The notes under the pieces were generated by a model. The model was not told where the DNA came from. It did no database searches and worked only from the letters and a program-made list of their open reading frames with translations. Shown here in pieces: positions 49,848 to 60,219 of a stretch of DNA of 64,000 nt. Both the position numbers and the translations under genes were made by a program. The DNA comes from Porphyromonas pasteri (GTDB lineage Bacteria; Bacteroidota; Bacteroidia; Bacteroidales; Porphyromonadaceae): positions 850,382 to 914,381 of the forward strand of contig NZ_BMPU01000001.1 of NCBI RefSeq assembly GCF_014647755.1. The letters are read 5' to 3'. The first letter of the stretch is position 1. Each line of letters opens with the position of its first letter.

Positions 49848-50483
49848 CTACTTGATGAAGGTCGCGAACTCTTCCATCGAGTTGCGCACCTTCTTCATCT
49901 TACCCAGCCAGTCGCGCTCGGGGTCAGCGTAGCCGAGGTAAAGGAGCGAGACGCTACGCAGGCCCTTCTCACGCAGACCGAGGAGCTCGTCGACGAGCTT
50001 GGGGTCGAAGCCACCGATAGGCGTGCTATCGATCTTCAGCTCAGCTGCCTGTGCCAGCGCCAGACCGAGGGCGATGAAGCTCTGGTTAGCAGCGTGCTGG
50101 AACTGCTCTTCCTTAGGCATCTTACCGAACGTCTCCTTCAGCATATCGGTGTAGCGCTTGAAGCGACCACGTACCAGACCACGCTCATCGGTCGTCAGGT
50201 CGTAGATCTCATCGATACGCTCGGGCGTGTACTCATCCCAAGCAGCGAAGACGATGACGTGTGAGCACTCGCGCATGCAGTCAGGGTTCAGAGCCCCTTC
50301 GACCATCTTCTCCTTCAGCTCTTGGTTGCCGACGACGATCAGACGGAACTGCTGCAGGCCCGATGACGTGGGAGCCAGACGTGCTGCCTCGACGATCTTC
50401 ATCAGGTCTTCTTCACGGAGCTTCTTGGTGGGGTCGTAGGCCTTCGTGGCGTGGCGCCACACGAGGTCATCTAATAGTGCCAT
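49848..50483 (-). CDS. nitroreductase family NAD(P)H-dependent oxidoreductase
   Basis: 211 aa. N-terminal ...RHATKAYDP... and mid-protein nitroreductase fold motifs. Immediately upstream of paralog C on the same strand. Confidence 0.75.
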   Translation of the reverse strand: MALLDDLVWRHATKAYDPTKKLREEDLMKIVEAARLAPTSSGLQQFRLIVVGNQELKEKMVEGALNPDCMRECSHVIVFAAWDEYTPERIDEIYDLTTDERGLVRGRFKRYTDMLKETFGKMPKEEQFQHAANQSFIALGLALAQAAELKIDSTPIGGFDPKLVDELLGLREKGLRSVSLLYLGYADPERDWLGKMKKVRNSMEEFATFIK

Positions 50484-50687
50484 ATTATTTGTCTTTATAT
50501 TTAATTAATAGTGTCCTATACGTATGTAAAGATAATCACTCTCGGCGACCTAAGCTACACGGCCGGACGAAGTTCATCGTGACCGCAGAGAGAAGCCTTC
50601 ATCACGCACTCGACACCAAGCCTATCAAGGCGCATGCCCCCCGCTATCAGCACGTCACCACAGCAGCTCTACGATAGGGGCAGTACG

Positions 50688-50995
50688 AACCTATATTGGT
50701 CAAGCAAACCCTTCTTATCGCGAGGATTCTTCTTATCCAGCGGAGGGAAAAGTGTCCTTCTCGTGAAGAAAAAAGCGCTTTCACGTAGTGGTTTTTCTCT
50801 GTCTATGCACGTAGTCTTAAAGACCAGGCACGCAAATCCAAATATCCACGTACGTAGATATTAGGACCACGTACGTAGCCCAAACTTATCTGCCACTCGT
50901 CCACAACTTTTTTATCCCGACGCGAAGCAACAACCTAATAGAGGTCACTTATCAATGCTATATAGCTTCGCCCGCTGACCCATATAGGTTCACAC
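50688..50995. repeat. copy (e) of the ACGT-palindrome repeat family (forward) with 3 phased TATATA-type sites
   Basis: Left: CGAACCTATATTGGTCAAG. Core: ...CTATGCACGTAGTCTTAAAGACCAGGCACGCAAATCCAAATATCCACGTACGTAGATATTAGGACCACGTACGTAGCCCAAACTTATCTGCCACTCGTCCACAACTTTTTTATCCC. Right sites start at ~50934, 50955 and 50976. Confidence 0.8.
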
Positions 50996-51115
50996 CACCC
51001 TCCCCTATTCGTACACCGAGCGCCCTCCCGTGAGCGGGGTATAAACATGAAGAGAGGCTACCACTGCTCCCATAGAAGCAGTGATAGCCTCTGCTATCGA
51101 AATAGAGTGAAGGGA

Positions 51116-53362
51116 CTAACGCGTACCCTTACGTGACCAGCCGAACTGCAGGCCGAAGATGAAGACCACCAGCAGCAGCTCCCCGATACCGAGGAGGAGG
51201 TCACCTGGCATACGCATCCAGCGGATCAGCTGCATGTGATCCTGCTGCATAAACTCTGCCGAGCGAGCTGACCAGTAGGCATTCGTGATCGATTCGTGCG
51301 CCTGCAGGATACCAATGGGCAGGACGCTCACCGTCACCATCAGGAAGAGCCCGATATTGATCATCCAGAAGGCCGTACCGATAAGCTTGTCATTCCACTT
51401 GTAGTCGGGGTAGAGACCGCGCAGGCAGAAGAGCATCAGCCCGATACCCAGGATACCATAGACCCCGAAGAGCGCAGCGTGACCATGCACAGCCGTCGTA
51501 TTCAGCCCCTGCAGGTAGTACAGTGCGATAGGAGGATTGATAGCGAAGCCGAAGATGCCTGCCCCGAGGAAGTTCCAGAAGCACATAGCGATGAAGCAGT
51601 AGATCGGCCACTTATAGGCTTCGATCCAGTCGGTAGACTTCGAGAGCTTATAGTTGTGGTAAGCCTCCATACCGATGAGCACCAGCGGCACGATCTCCAG
51701 CGCGCTGAAGGTAGCACCAAGTGCCAGCACCGCCGTCGGCGTAGCGCTGAAGTAGAGGTGGTGGAAGGTACCGAGGATCCCCCCCGAGAGGAAGATGATC
51801 GTCGAGAAGAGTACCGAGACCGTAGCCGACTGGATACGCAGCAGCCCAAGACGGCAGAAGAGGAAGGCGGCAACGACCGTAGCAAAGACTTCGAAGAAGC
51901 CTTCTACCCAGAGGTGCACGACCCACCAGCGCCAGTACTCGGCGATAGCCATGTGCGTCTGACGACCGTACATCAGCCCAGCAGCGTAGAAGAAGGCGAT
52001 AGCCAGCGAGGCGATGATGAAAAGCGTCAGGAGGTGGCGATTCTCATCCTTGCGCTTGAGAGCGGGGATCAGTGCGCGGATCATGAGGAAGAGCCACAGC
52101 ACAAGGCCAACCAGCAGCAGGATCTGCCACAGACGGCCAAGCTCTACGTACTCGTAGCCCTGATGGCCGAGCCAGAAGTTCTCGATGAGGCCGAGCTTCT
52201 GCATGACCCCGAACCACTGACCGACGAGTGAGCCGACGACGACAAAGAGGAGCGCACCGAAGAGCACATTCACCCCGAGGCGCTGGAACTTAGGCTCGAC
52301 ACCCGACACAGCAGGTGCGATGTAGAGCCCCGTAGCCAGCCAAGAGGTAGCGATCCAGAGGATAGCCAGCTGGACGTGCCAGCTACGTGATACCGCCTGA
52401 GGGAGGAAGTCCTGGATAGGCAGCCCGAAGAGTGCGTCACCCTCGACCCCATAGTGTGCCGTGATCGCCCCGAGGACCATCTGCACGAGGATGAGGATCG
52501 ACACGATCCAGATGTACTTCGTCGTGGCGCGCATCGAGGGCGTCGGCTTCATACCACGCAGCGGATCAGAGGTGGGCAGGACGCCTACCTCGTCTTCCTT
52601 CGACTGAGCATAGTAGTAGACGAGGATACCGACGCAAGTCAGCAGCATCAGCACGCTGAAGCCCGACCAGAGGTGGAGCGAAGTGGGAGCGATATTGCCG
52701 ATCGTGGGGTCGTGAGGCCAGTTGTTGGTATAGCTGACATCCGTACCTGGGCGGTTCGTGACGCAGACCCAAGAAGCCCAAGCGAAGAAGGCGTTCATCT
52801 GCTCCATCTTGCGGGGATCTTCGATGCTCTTATCGCGCAGGGCGTAGGCCGAGCGGAGCTTCACGAACTCAGGTGAAGCGTCGCCGAGGAAGAGCTTCGC
52901 GTAGTAGGCACCCAGCTCGCGAGCGACCTCAGCACGCAGCGGCGAGTACGTGATGACGCCCGTCGCTTCGTCGAAGGTATTCTTACGCACCTCCTCACGT
53001 AGGAGGACCTGATACTTAGCCTGCTCAGCGGCAGGGAGTGAGGCATAGTCCAGACCGTCACGCTCGGCGAGCTTCTTCAGCAGGAGCTCAGCCTCACGGT
53101 GCAGGTAGTCAGCGGACCAGTCGGGAGCGATATACGCCCCGTGGCCCCATACGCTACCTACGGTCTGACCACCGATGGACTGCCATACATTTTGGCCGTC
53201 CTTAATGTCTTGACCTTCGAAGAGCGTCGTGCCATCCGTCGTCACCACCTTCGTTGGGAAGGGTGGCATCGTGCGGAAGATCTCCAGCCCAAAGAAGCCA
53301 AGTACACCGAACGACAGCAGGATGACTGCCGCCAGTGCATACCATAGTTTCTTAGGAGTCAT
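51116..53362 (-). CDS. norZ: nitric-oxide reductase large subunit, quinol-dependent type (qNOR/NorZ)
   Basis: 748 aa, the size of qNOR. N-terminal TM plus periplasmic extension (…QSIGGQTVGSVWGHGAYIAPDWSADYLHREA…) followed by a 12-TM heme-copper-oxidase-like core with conserved His clusters (HGHAALFGVYG, WVVHLWVEGFFE). Confidence 0.8.
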   Translation of the reverse strand: MTPKKLWYALAAVILLSFGVLGFFGLEIFRTMPPFPTKVVTTDGTTLFEGQDIKDGQNVWQSIGGQTVGSVWGHGAYIAPDWSADYLHREAELLLKKLAERDGLDYASLPAAEQAKYQVLLREEVRKNTFDEATGVITYSPLRAEVARELGAYYAKLFLGDASPEFVKLRSAYALRDKSIEDPRKMEQMNAFFAWASWVCVTNRPGTDVSYTNNWPHDPTIGNIAPTSLHLWSGFSVLMLLTCVGILVYYYAQSKEDEVGVLPTSDPLRGMKPTPSMRATTKYIWIVSILILVQMVLGAITAHYGVEGDALFGLPIQDFLPQAVSRSWHVQLAILWIATSWLATGLYIAPAVSGVEPKFQRLGVNVLFGALLFVVVGSLVGQWFGVMQKLGLIENFWLGHQGYEYVELGRLWQILLLVGLVLWLFLMIRALIPALKRKDENRHLLTLFIIASLAIAFFYAAGLMYGRQTHMAIAEYWRWWVVHLWVEGFFEVFATVVAAFLFCRLGLLRIQSATVSVLFSTIIFLSGGILGTFHHLYFSATPTAVLALGATFSALEIVPLVLIGMEAYHNYKLSKSTDWIEAYKWPIYCFIAMCFWNFLGAGIFGFAINPPIALYYLQGLNTTAVHGHAALFGVYGILGIGLMLFCLRGLYPDYKWNDKLIGTAFWMINIGLFLMVTVSVLPIGILQAHESITNAYWSARSAEFMQQDHMQLIRWMRMPGDLLLGIGELLLVVFIFGLQFGWSRKGTR

Positions 53363-53582
53363 GGTTAGTTGTGAGAATAATTACGCTTATACTTAACTTT
53401 GCTTTACAACTACTTGCGCAATGCAAATAGAAACCATTCAAATATAAGTGTTATTTATTTATTCCCACTCATCAACTCGATGAAATTGGTGAAAACCATG
53501 CATACACCCCTACCGCACAGGGGGTAGCGATTTACATATTCGCCCCACGGAAATAGGAGGAGGGGGCTGCGGCTTGGTACAA

Positions 53583-53613
53583 AAAGCCCCGAAGACCTGA
53601 GGCCTTCGGGGCT
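53583..53613 (-). terminator. terminator hairpin downstream of lrgB (minus strand)
   Basis: Plus strand ACAAAAAGCCCCGAAGacctgaggCCTTCGGGGCTTAT. On the minus strand the stem is followed by TTTTTGT. Confidence 0.6.
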
Positions 53614-53639
53614 TATGATAGCGAGTTGGGGATATGCGC

Positions 53640-54347
53640 TTAGCCGAACCAGCGAGCAAAGAGCGGCAGGAGGATGGAGGTCATCAGCCCCATGATCCCG
53701 ATCGCCAGCCCACTCAGAGCACCTTCGATAGCGCCCATCTGGATAGCAGCAGCCGTACCGATACCATGCGACGAAGCACCCATCGCCAGCCCCTTCGCCA
53801 CGGGGCTCTTGATCTTCATCAGCTTCATGATCGGAGGGCCGATGATACTACCGATGATACCCGCACAGACGACGATGACGGCCGTCAGCCCGGGGATACC
53901 ACCGTTGTGACCTGCCAGCTCCATCGCGATAGGCGTCGTCACGGACTTCGGTGCAAGCGAAGCGATGAGCGAGCTCTTTACGCCGAGGAGATGACCGACA
54001 CCGACGATAGAGCCGATACCCACCATAGCACCGATGGTGATAGCTACGATGATAGAGATCGCGTTCTTCTTCAGATGTGCCACCTGCTCATAGAGGATGT
54101 AGCCGAGAGCGACGACCGAAGGGCCGAGCATGAAGTGAATCATACGGCTCCCCTCGCGGAAGGTCTCGTAGGGTACCTTCAGTGCGGTGAGGATGAGGAT
54201 CAGCTCGATGATCGTCACCAGCACGGGGTGCAGCAGCGAGTGCAGTACAGGTACTTGCACCCAGCGATGGATCTTGATATTGATGAGGTAGAGGCCGATG
54301 ACGAACGTGATCGTGAAGACCTCGCTGTGGAAGAAGTGCTCGAGCAT
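53640..54347 (-). CDS. lrgB: LrgB family membrane protein
   Basis: 235-aa polytopic protein downstream of the lrgA-like gene. Confidence 0.75.
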   Translation of the reverse strand: MLEHFFHSEVFTITFVIGLYLINIKIHRWVQVPVLHSLLHPVLVTIIELILILTALKVPYETFREGSRMIHFMLGPSVVALGYILYEQVAHLKKNAISIIVAITIGAMVGIGSIVGVGHLLGVKSSLIASLAPKSVTTPIAMELAGHNGGIPGLTAVIVVCAGIIGSIIGPPIMKLMKIKSPVAKGLAMGASSHGIGTAAAIQMGAIEGALSGLAIGIMGLMTSILLPLFARWFG

Positions 54348-54349
54348 GA

Positions 54350-54703
54350 TTACTTACGCCTCCTTTCCATTTGATCCTGTACATAGGCCACCGAAGCGAT
54401 GACGAGGATAGAGCTGACGATGACCGCCACCAGGATGACCCACCAATTGGCCACCACGGTATCCAGCTGCGCCATCAGCCCCACACCGGCGGGGATGAAG
54501 AAGAGCCCCATGTTGTCCGTCAGAGCACGGGCAGGGGAGTCAATCTGATGCACCTTGACGAGCTTCAGCTGCAGCGCAAGGAAGAGAAGGAGCATCCCGA
54601 GGACGCTGCCAGGTACAAATCCCCTCATCAGATAGGAGAGAAATTCGCCTATCCAGTAGAAGAGGAAGATGAAGAATATCTTGATAAGTGTCTGCATAAG
54701 CAA
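54350..54703 (-). CDS. lrgA: CidA/LrgA family holin-like protein
   Basis: 117 aa, 4 TM. Stop is 3 nt from the lrgB start. Confidence 0.75.
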   Translation of the reverse strand: MLMQTLIKIFFIFLFYWIGEFLSYLMRGFVPGSVLGMLLLFLALQLKLVKVHQIDSPARALTDNMGLFFIPAGVGLMAQLDTVVANWWVILVAVIVSSILVIASVAYVQDQMERRRK

Positions 54704-54759
54704 GCGTAGTTTGCTACACCTCGCGGAGGATACAAAGCGGAGTGCAGCGAAGGAGTGGC

Positions 54760-56178
54760 CTATACGAGGTCACGCAGTAGGACGTCCGCACGCTCACGGA
54801 CGGCAGCATAGGCACGGGTACGCGCCTGCCATGCAGCAGCATGCACGCCGCTGAGCTTGAGCGAAAGGAGTTCGCCACCGAAGCGATCGATATGATCGAG
54901 GAGCACACCGAGCGTGAGGCGGTCGGGCGCGATGTTGGGGCAGTAGTAGCCGCCCATGACTTCGTCCTTGCCGTAGTTCACCTCGATGAGTACGCCCATA
55001 CGCGTCAGCTGGCTCAGCGCCTCCTGCGTCTGTCTCAGCGGAAGGTCGCAGGCAGCAGCCAAGGTCTCCGCACGGTAAGGCTCGGGATCCTCCGAGGTAT
55101 AGCGCGCCGTGATACGTGCCGTGAGGGCGATGAAGACGGTATCGGCATAGCGGCGCGAGAGTGGACGGCTATTGGGAGGCGAGGTGAAGTGCCAGACGTG
55201 CTGTATGGAGTAGGAGATCTCAGCACCAAGCAGGATGATGATCCACGAGAGCTGGATCCAGAGGAGCGCCAGTGGCACGGCAGCGAAGCTCCCGTAGATC
55301 GCGTTGTAGCGTGAGATCCACAGCACCCCATTGATGTAGAGAGCCTGGAAGATCTGGAAGGCAATCCCCGCGATAAGCCCTGCGATGAGGGCGGGGATGA
55401 AGTGTACCCGCACGTTCGGCACGAAGAAGTACAGGCAGACGAAGCCGAGCGTCACGAGGACATAGGGCAGGAGACCGAGGATCTGTGTCGTGAGGGCTGA
55501 GATGATCCCCAGCTCACCGAGGTAGGTATTACTCAGGGTGGAGAGGAAGAGGGTCGTACCGCTGGAGATGGTGAGCAGTAGCGGGAAGAGGATGAAGGCG
55601 CCGAGGTAGTTGATCACACGGCGTGACCAAGGGCGGGCATAGGGTGCTTGCCAGAGGCGGTTGAAGGCATCTTCGATGGTCGAGATCAGCATCAGCACCG
55701 TGTAGAAGAGTACCGCCAGACCGACCCCGATGAAGAGGCCGCCCTGCACCTGCGATAGGTAGTTCTCGACGTAGGCAAAGGCCTTCCCGAACTCCACCTC
55801 ATGCCCTGGGAGGGCACGCATCAAGGCATCACGCACCGTCTCCTGCAGTCCGAAGCCCTTAGCGATACCGATGATGATCGCCAGAATAGGCACCAGCGAA
55901 AGCACCGTACTGTAGGTAAGCGAACCCGCAAGCAAACCAATACCCTCCTCGATATAGGCCTGTACCGTCATGTAGAGCACACGCAGCGTCGCCACCCCGA
56001 GACGGGCAGGAGCAGCGAGCGAAGCACGCGTCAGGCGCCACATATCGAGCGTCACAAAGCGCCAAGCAGCGAGGGCTTGTGCCTCTATATGCCGCAGTAC
56101 GTTAGGCATGGGGTGAGGGTAATGAGGATAGGATAAGTGATCTCGTCGGAAGGGAAGGAGGATGGGAGCGGGACACAC
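54760..56178 (-). CDS. YihY/BrkB family membrane protein
   Basis: 472 aa. N-terminal ~300-aa polytopic YihY-like region plus a C-terminal soluble extension. Confidence 0.6.
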   Translation of the reverse strand: MCPAPILLPFRRDHLSYPHYPHPMPNVLRHIEAQALAAWRFVTLDMWRLTRASLAAPARLGVATLRVLYMTVQAYIEEGIGLLAGSLTYSTVLSLVPILAIIIGIAKGFGLQETVRDALMRALPGHEVEFGKAFAYVENYLSQVQGGLFIGVGLAVLFYTVLMLISTIEDAFNRLWQAPYARPWSRRVINYLGAFILFPLLLTISSGTTLFLSTLSNTYLGELGIISALTTQILGLLPYVLVTLGFVCLYFFVPNVRVHFIPALIAGLIAGIAFQIFQALYINGVLWISRYNAIYGSFAAVPLALLWIQLSWIIILLGAEISYSIQHVWHFTSPPNSRPLSRRYADTVFIALTARITARYTSEDPEPYRAETLAAACDLPLRQTQEALSQLTRMGVLIEVNYGKDEVMGGYYCPNIAPDRLTLGVLLDHIDRFGGELLSLKLSGVHAAAWQARTRAYAAVRERADVLLRDLV

Positions 56179-56224
56179 CCGCTACCATGAGAGGGATATG
56201 AAGAAGAAGCGCGCAATAGAAGCA

Positions 56225-56612
56225 GTGGAGCTATAAGCCGAGTTCTGTACCCGTGGGCGGTCACCCACCCGATGGGTGTCTGTCATTTATCTGGGATGGT
56301 AGTCACCTACCACCTCGTGCGGTCTACCCTCCGACTGGGGCGAGCAACCCTCGTAGCGTCGGTTTACATGACCTTGCAACCCATAGGATGTACGGCAGCA
56401 TGTATTGCTACACACTCCGGTGAGCTCTTACCTCACCTTTTCACCATCACCGCGGGGGAGCGAGTCCTCCGTGGCTGTCATTCTCTGTTACACCTACCTA
56501 CCCTCACGGATAGCTTCCCGTTAGGAAGTATGGCGCTCTGCGTTGCCCGGACGTTCCTCACACGCCCTTCAGCCCAAGGGCCAAAGGGGTGCGCGACAGA
56601 CCGCCCCACTGC
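56225..56612 (-). ncRNA. rnpB: RNase P RNA (bacterial type A)
   Basis: Reverse complement contains the universally conserved blocks: ...GAGGAACGUCCGGGCAAC... (the P4 5' strand, GGAAAGUCCGGGC-like), ...GGUGAAAAGGUGAGGUAAGAGCUCACC..., and the 3' ...ACAGAACUCGGCUUAUAG. Terminal P1 pairing GAGCAGUGGGGC/GCUCCACUGCUUC. Confidence 0.85.
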
Positions 56613-56628
56613 TCTATAGCGTCTTCTT

Positions 56629-57741
56629 TTATTTCTGTAGCTCTACGCGCTGGGTCGGAGCTTGCTCAGCGTTGCGACGCTCGATCTGCTCGACGACATT
56701 GCGTGCCAGCGTGCGGAAGTAGATACCCATCAGGCTATCGCGCTGCGTGGCGATGGGCTCACCGCCGTCACCGCATTCGCAGATACTCTGGATGAGGGGG
56801 ATCTGCCCAAGTAGAGGAATGTCCAGCTCTTCAGCCAGCTCCTTACCGCCATCACGCCCGAAGATATAGTATTTGTTCTGTGGGAGCTCGGCAGGAGTGA
56901 ACCATGCCATATTCTCCACCAGCCCAAGGATGGGGACTTGTACGTGCTCGTCGAGGAACATCCCCACGCCCTTGATGGCATCAGCCAGGGCTACCTGCTG
57001 GGGCGTCGTGACGATGAGTGCGCCCGTCAGACCGAGCGTCTGCACCAGCGTCAGGTGAATATCGCTCGTCCCTGGAGGCAGGTCGATGAGCAGATAGTCC
57101 AGCTCACCCCAGTTCGTCTCCGTGAGGAGCTGCTTGAGGGCGTTGCTCGCCATGCTACCGCGCCAGAGCACGGGGCTCTCCTTGTTGACGAAGAAGCCGA
57201 TAGAGAGCATGCGCACGCCGAAGCGCTCGACGGGTGCGATGAGCTCCTGCCCGTCGACGTCCTCGAGGACGGGACGCTCATCTTCGCAGCCGAACATCTT
57301 AGGCTGCGAAGGGCCGAAGATATCGGCATCCAGCAGCCCGACCTTATACCCTGCTTGGGCTAAGGCTACGGCGAGGTTGGCCGAGACAGTGCTCTTCCCG
57401 ACGCCTCCTTTACCCGAGAAGATCGCCAGCGTATTCTTTACCTTCGGCAGCAGGGGTAGGCTATCCTGAGGCACGACCTCGGGGACCTTCACGCTGATAT
57501 TCCCCTCGATCTGGACCTCAGGGCTGACGTAGGTGAGGATGGCTTTCTCAGCGGCCTTGACGACCGACTTGATGAAGGGGGAATTGGGCTTGTCGAAGAT
57601 AAGCGAGAAGCTCACCTTCATACCCTCGATACGGATATCGTCCTCGACCATACCGGCCGTGACTAAGTCCTGACCCGTACCTGGGTAGCGGACACGGCGC
57701 AGGGCGTCGAGGATGAGGTTGGGATATAGTGTGATGGACAT
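56629..57741 (-). CDS. apbC: Mrp/NBP35 (ApbC) family iron-sulfur cluster carrier ATPase
   Basis: N-terminal DUF59-like domain; P-loop ILSGKGGVGKSTVSANLAVALA; CxxC (CECGDGGEP) near the C-terminus. Start taken at MSITLY...; the longer ORF overlaps trmB. Confidence 0.85.
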   Translation of the reverse strand: MSITLYPNLILDALRRVRYPGTGQDLVTAGMVEDDIRIEGMKVSFSLIFDKPNSPFIKSVVKAAEKAILTYVSPEVQIEGNISVKVPEVVPQDSLPLLPKVKNTLAIFSGKGGVGKSTVSANLAVALAQAGYKVGLLDADIFGPSQPKMFGCEDERPVLEDVDGQELIAPVERFGVRMLSIGFFVNKESPVLWRGSMASNALKQLLTETNWGELDYLLIDLPPGTSDIHLTLVQTLGLTGALIVTTPQQVALADAIKGVGMFLDEHVQVPILGLVENMAWFTPAELPQNKYYIFGRDGGKELAEELDIPLLGQIPLIQSICECGDGGEPIATQRDSLMGIYFRTLARNVVEQIERRNAEQAPTQRVELQK

Positions 57742-57751
57742 AGGAGTAGTG

Positions 57752-58498
57752 CTATTGGACTCTGCGTGAGCGGCTGAAGCTGCGGTAGCTATCGGGCTCG
57801 ATCTCGATGTCGGGCTCGACGAAGCCACCAGCAGGCTCCTTGGGGACGAAGTGTAGGTACTTGATCGTCAGACCACGGCTCAGCCACTGACGCTCGTAGT
57901 ACGTCCTGATCCCGAGGATCTTATCCTCGAAGGCACCGTCATAGAGATCGGCCGTATCGGTCAGGATCTCCTGATGGTTCAGCTCAACGAAAGCCTTAGT
58001 ATAGGTGTAGAGGAAGGGGCTATCGGTCTTGAGATGGATCGAGCCACCAGGGCGCAGCACCTCGAGATAGCGACAGATGAAGCGCGAGGAGGTCAGGCGC
58101 TTCGTCACCTTCTTCATCTGAGGGTCGGGGAAGGTGATCCAGATCTCATCGACTTCTCCAGGAGCGAAGAAGCTCGTCAGGGACTCGATCTCCCCACGCA
58201 GGAAGGCGACATTCGTCATACCCGCCTCGTGCGAAGCCTTCGCACCCGTCCAGATGCGAGCGCCCTTGACGTCCACACCGATGAAGTTCTTCTCTGGATA
58301 CAGCTCACCGAGACCTACGGTGTACTCGCCCTTACCACAGCCGAGCTCCAAGACGATGGGGCGGTCGTTGTGGAAGAAGTCCTCACGCCAGCGACCACGC
58401 AGGGGGAAGGCCTCCTGCTGCAGACGTGCGAAGGGATACTGGAGCACATGGGGGAAGGTCTCCATCTCGGCGAACTTCGCCAGCTTGTTCTTTCCCAC
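57752..58498 (-). CDS. trmB: tRNA (guanine46-N7)-methyltransferase
   Basis: 248 aa. ...[17 protein letters not shown]... SAM-binding motif and a TrmB-like C-terminal region. Confidence 0.8.
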   Translation of the reverse strand: MGKNKLAKFAEMETFPHVLQYPFARLQQEAFPLRGRWREDFFHNDRPIVLELGCGKGEYTVGLGELYPEKNFIGVDVKGARIWTGAKASHEAGMTNVAFLRGEIESLTSFFAPGEVDEIWITFPDPQMKKVTKRLTSSRFICRYLEVLRPGGSIHLKTDSPFLYTYTKAFVELNHQEILTDTADLYDGAFEDKILGIRTYYERQWLSRGLTIKYLHFVPKEPAGGFVEPDIEIEPDSYRSFSRSRRVQ

Positions 58499-58504
58499 AG
58501 GCGA

Positions 58505-58990
58505 TTAGTCGAAGAGGTTAATGCTCTCGCAGTACCCGAGCTCACCCTGCACGACAAAGCGGATCTGGTCGGGATCGAACTTCCCTACCCCATCCTTCTG
58601 AGCGTTGCGCACGACATAGTCAACCAGCTCGTCCTCATCGATCTCGATGGGCTCTTCGTCATCGGCATCATCATCACTCAGATAGCCACGGCTCTCGTAG
58701 TAGTCATAGATGAGGTCTACGAAGTAAACGATATCATCATCGGAGAGGAGCTCCTTGAGCTCCTGGGGGATATAGTTGCGGATGAAGGCCACCGAAGCGG
58801 TATCATCATATCCAAGCAGTTCGTCTTCTACCATAATATTTATAGGGAGGGGCTTGCCCAGTGAGGCAAGGCTATAGTTACCCGTGCAAAGGTAATAAAA
58901 AGCCCCCACGGCTGGGGCGGAAGGGAGATATTCACACCCACTCCATAAGCCATCTATGGTAGGCGCAAAGGAGCCTACCCGATCAGCCAC
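58505..58990 (-). CDS. hypothetical acidic protein
   Basis: 161 aa, strongly acidic (DDDADDEEPIEIDEDE). No recognisable motif. Shares codon bias with the window and is tightly packed with trmB. Confidence 0.45.
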   Translation of the reverse strand: MADRVGSFAPTIDGLWSGCEYLPSAPAVGAFYYLCTGNYSLASLGKPLPINIMVEDELLGYDDTASVAFIRNYIPQELKELLSDDDIVYFVDLIYDYYESRGYLSDDDADDEEPIEIDEDELVDYVVRNAQKDGVGKFDPDQIRFVVQGELGYCESINLFD

Positions 58991-59080
58991 CCTCTGCGAC
59001 CTCCCCCCACGCAGCTGTGCCCTACGGCATTTACTTCCTCGGAGGAAAAATCAAGGAATAGCAGTGGTATGACTTCTTAT

Positions 59081-59290
59081 GAGGACGAATAAAAGTGGCG
59101 AACCTATAGCTGATAAGCTGAATCTATGTGCGTGGCTCTAAAATCCACGTACATAGTCGTTCGGATTTACGCACCTGGTCTTTAAGACTACGTACATAGA
59201 CAGCAAAAAAGCACTGCGGGACGCTACTTTTTTCTTCACGGGAATAGCGTTTTCCCCTCTGCTGAATCAAGACGTATGCTATATCGTGAA
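59081..59290. repeat. copy (f) of the ACGT-palindrome repeat family, inverted orientation, upstream of the TPR gene
   Basis: GAGGACGAATAAAAGTGGCGAACCTATAGCTGATAAGCTGAATCTATGTGCGTGGCTCTAAAATCCACGTACATAGTCGTTCGGATTTACGCACCTGGTCTTTAAGACTACGTACATAGACAGC... aligns with copy b. Confidence 0.75.
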
Positions 59291-59352
59291 TGAGCAGTAT
59301 CTTTGATAGATAGGGGAGGCTCATTCACTTAGCCCCTCCCCCACTCCATTCG

Positions 59353-60219
59353 ATGACTCGCTCCAGACAGATAATTTCCTTTGCCCTCATAGCCCTCTGC
59401 ATAGGTCTCTTCTTAGCACCACTCCGTGCCTCCGCCCAAGAGCAGACGACTCAGGCTATTGATAGCACCCGCTATACCCGTCTCATCGACTCCTGCTTCA
59501 CAGCAGGCAACCGAGGTGACTACGCTGCAGCCGAGGCCTTCCTCGCAGAGGCTCTGCGACTCAATCCCCCTGCAGCCCTGCAGCCTATGCTCCTCAATAA
59601 CCTCGGGGGGCTTCAGCTCCTGCAGGGCAAGGACGATGCCGCGCTCCTCTCCTTCTCCTCCGCTCTCAGTAAGGATCCCCACGAAGCGACGACACGCTTC
59701 AATCGTGCCAAGCTCTTCGTCCAGCGCAAGGAGTACAAGGCAGCCCTCACGGACTTCGCCCTCCTTCTCAGCGACCATCCGAAGAACGAGCTCTACCGCT
59801 ACCAGCGCGCGATGGTCTACCTACTGACGAAGGAGTATGACCTGGCCGAGGCCGACCTCAAGACCATCATCGAGGAGAATGACGGCTCGCTCAAGGCACG
59901 CATAGGCTATGCCCTGCTGGAGACGATGCGCGGACGCTACGACGAGGCTGAGCGCCTCTATGCCTTCCTCACGGACAAGCTCCCGAAGAACGCCGAGGTC
60001 CTCGAGGGACGCGCACGTATGTATATGGCTAAGGGTATGCGTGGCTTCGCCCAGCGCGATATCCGTCAGGCCTTCGAGCTCCTCGGAGGTCGTGCACCAG
60101 CTACCCTCTACCGCCTGCGAGCCGAGCTGAATACCACCCTTGGCAACACCAAGGAGGCAGCCGAAGACCTGCGCCGTGCCGAAGAGCTGGAGAATCCCAA
60201 GAACACAGCCAAGCGCTAA
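59353..60219 (+). CDS. tetratricopeptide (TPR) repeat protein, secreted
   Basis: 288 aa. Signal peptide, then several 34-residue TPR units (e.g. AEAFLAEALRLNP, DDAALLSFSSALSKDP, YKAALTDFALLLSDHP). Confidence 0.75.
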   Translation: MTRSRQIISFALIALCIGLFLAPLRASAQEQTTQAIDSTRYTRLIDSCFTAGNRGDYAAAEAFLAEALRLNPPAALQPMLLNNLGGLQLLQGKDDAALLSFSSALSKDPHEATTRFNRAKLFVQRKEYKAALTDFALLLSDHPKNELYRYQRAMVYLLTKEYDLAEADLKTIIEENDGSLKARIGYALLETMRGRYDEAERLYAFLTDKLPKNAEVLEGRARMYMAKGMRGFAQRDIRQAFELLGGRAPATLYRLRAELNTTLGNTKEAAEDLRRAEELENPKNTAKR

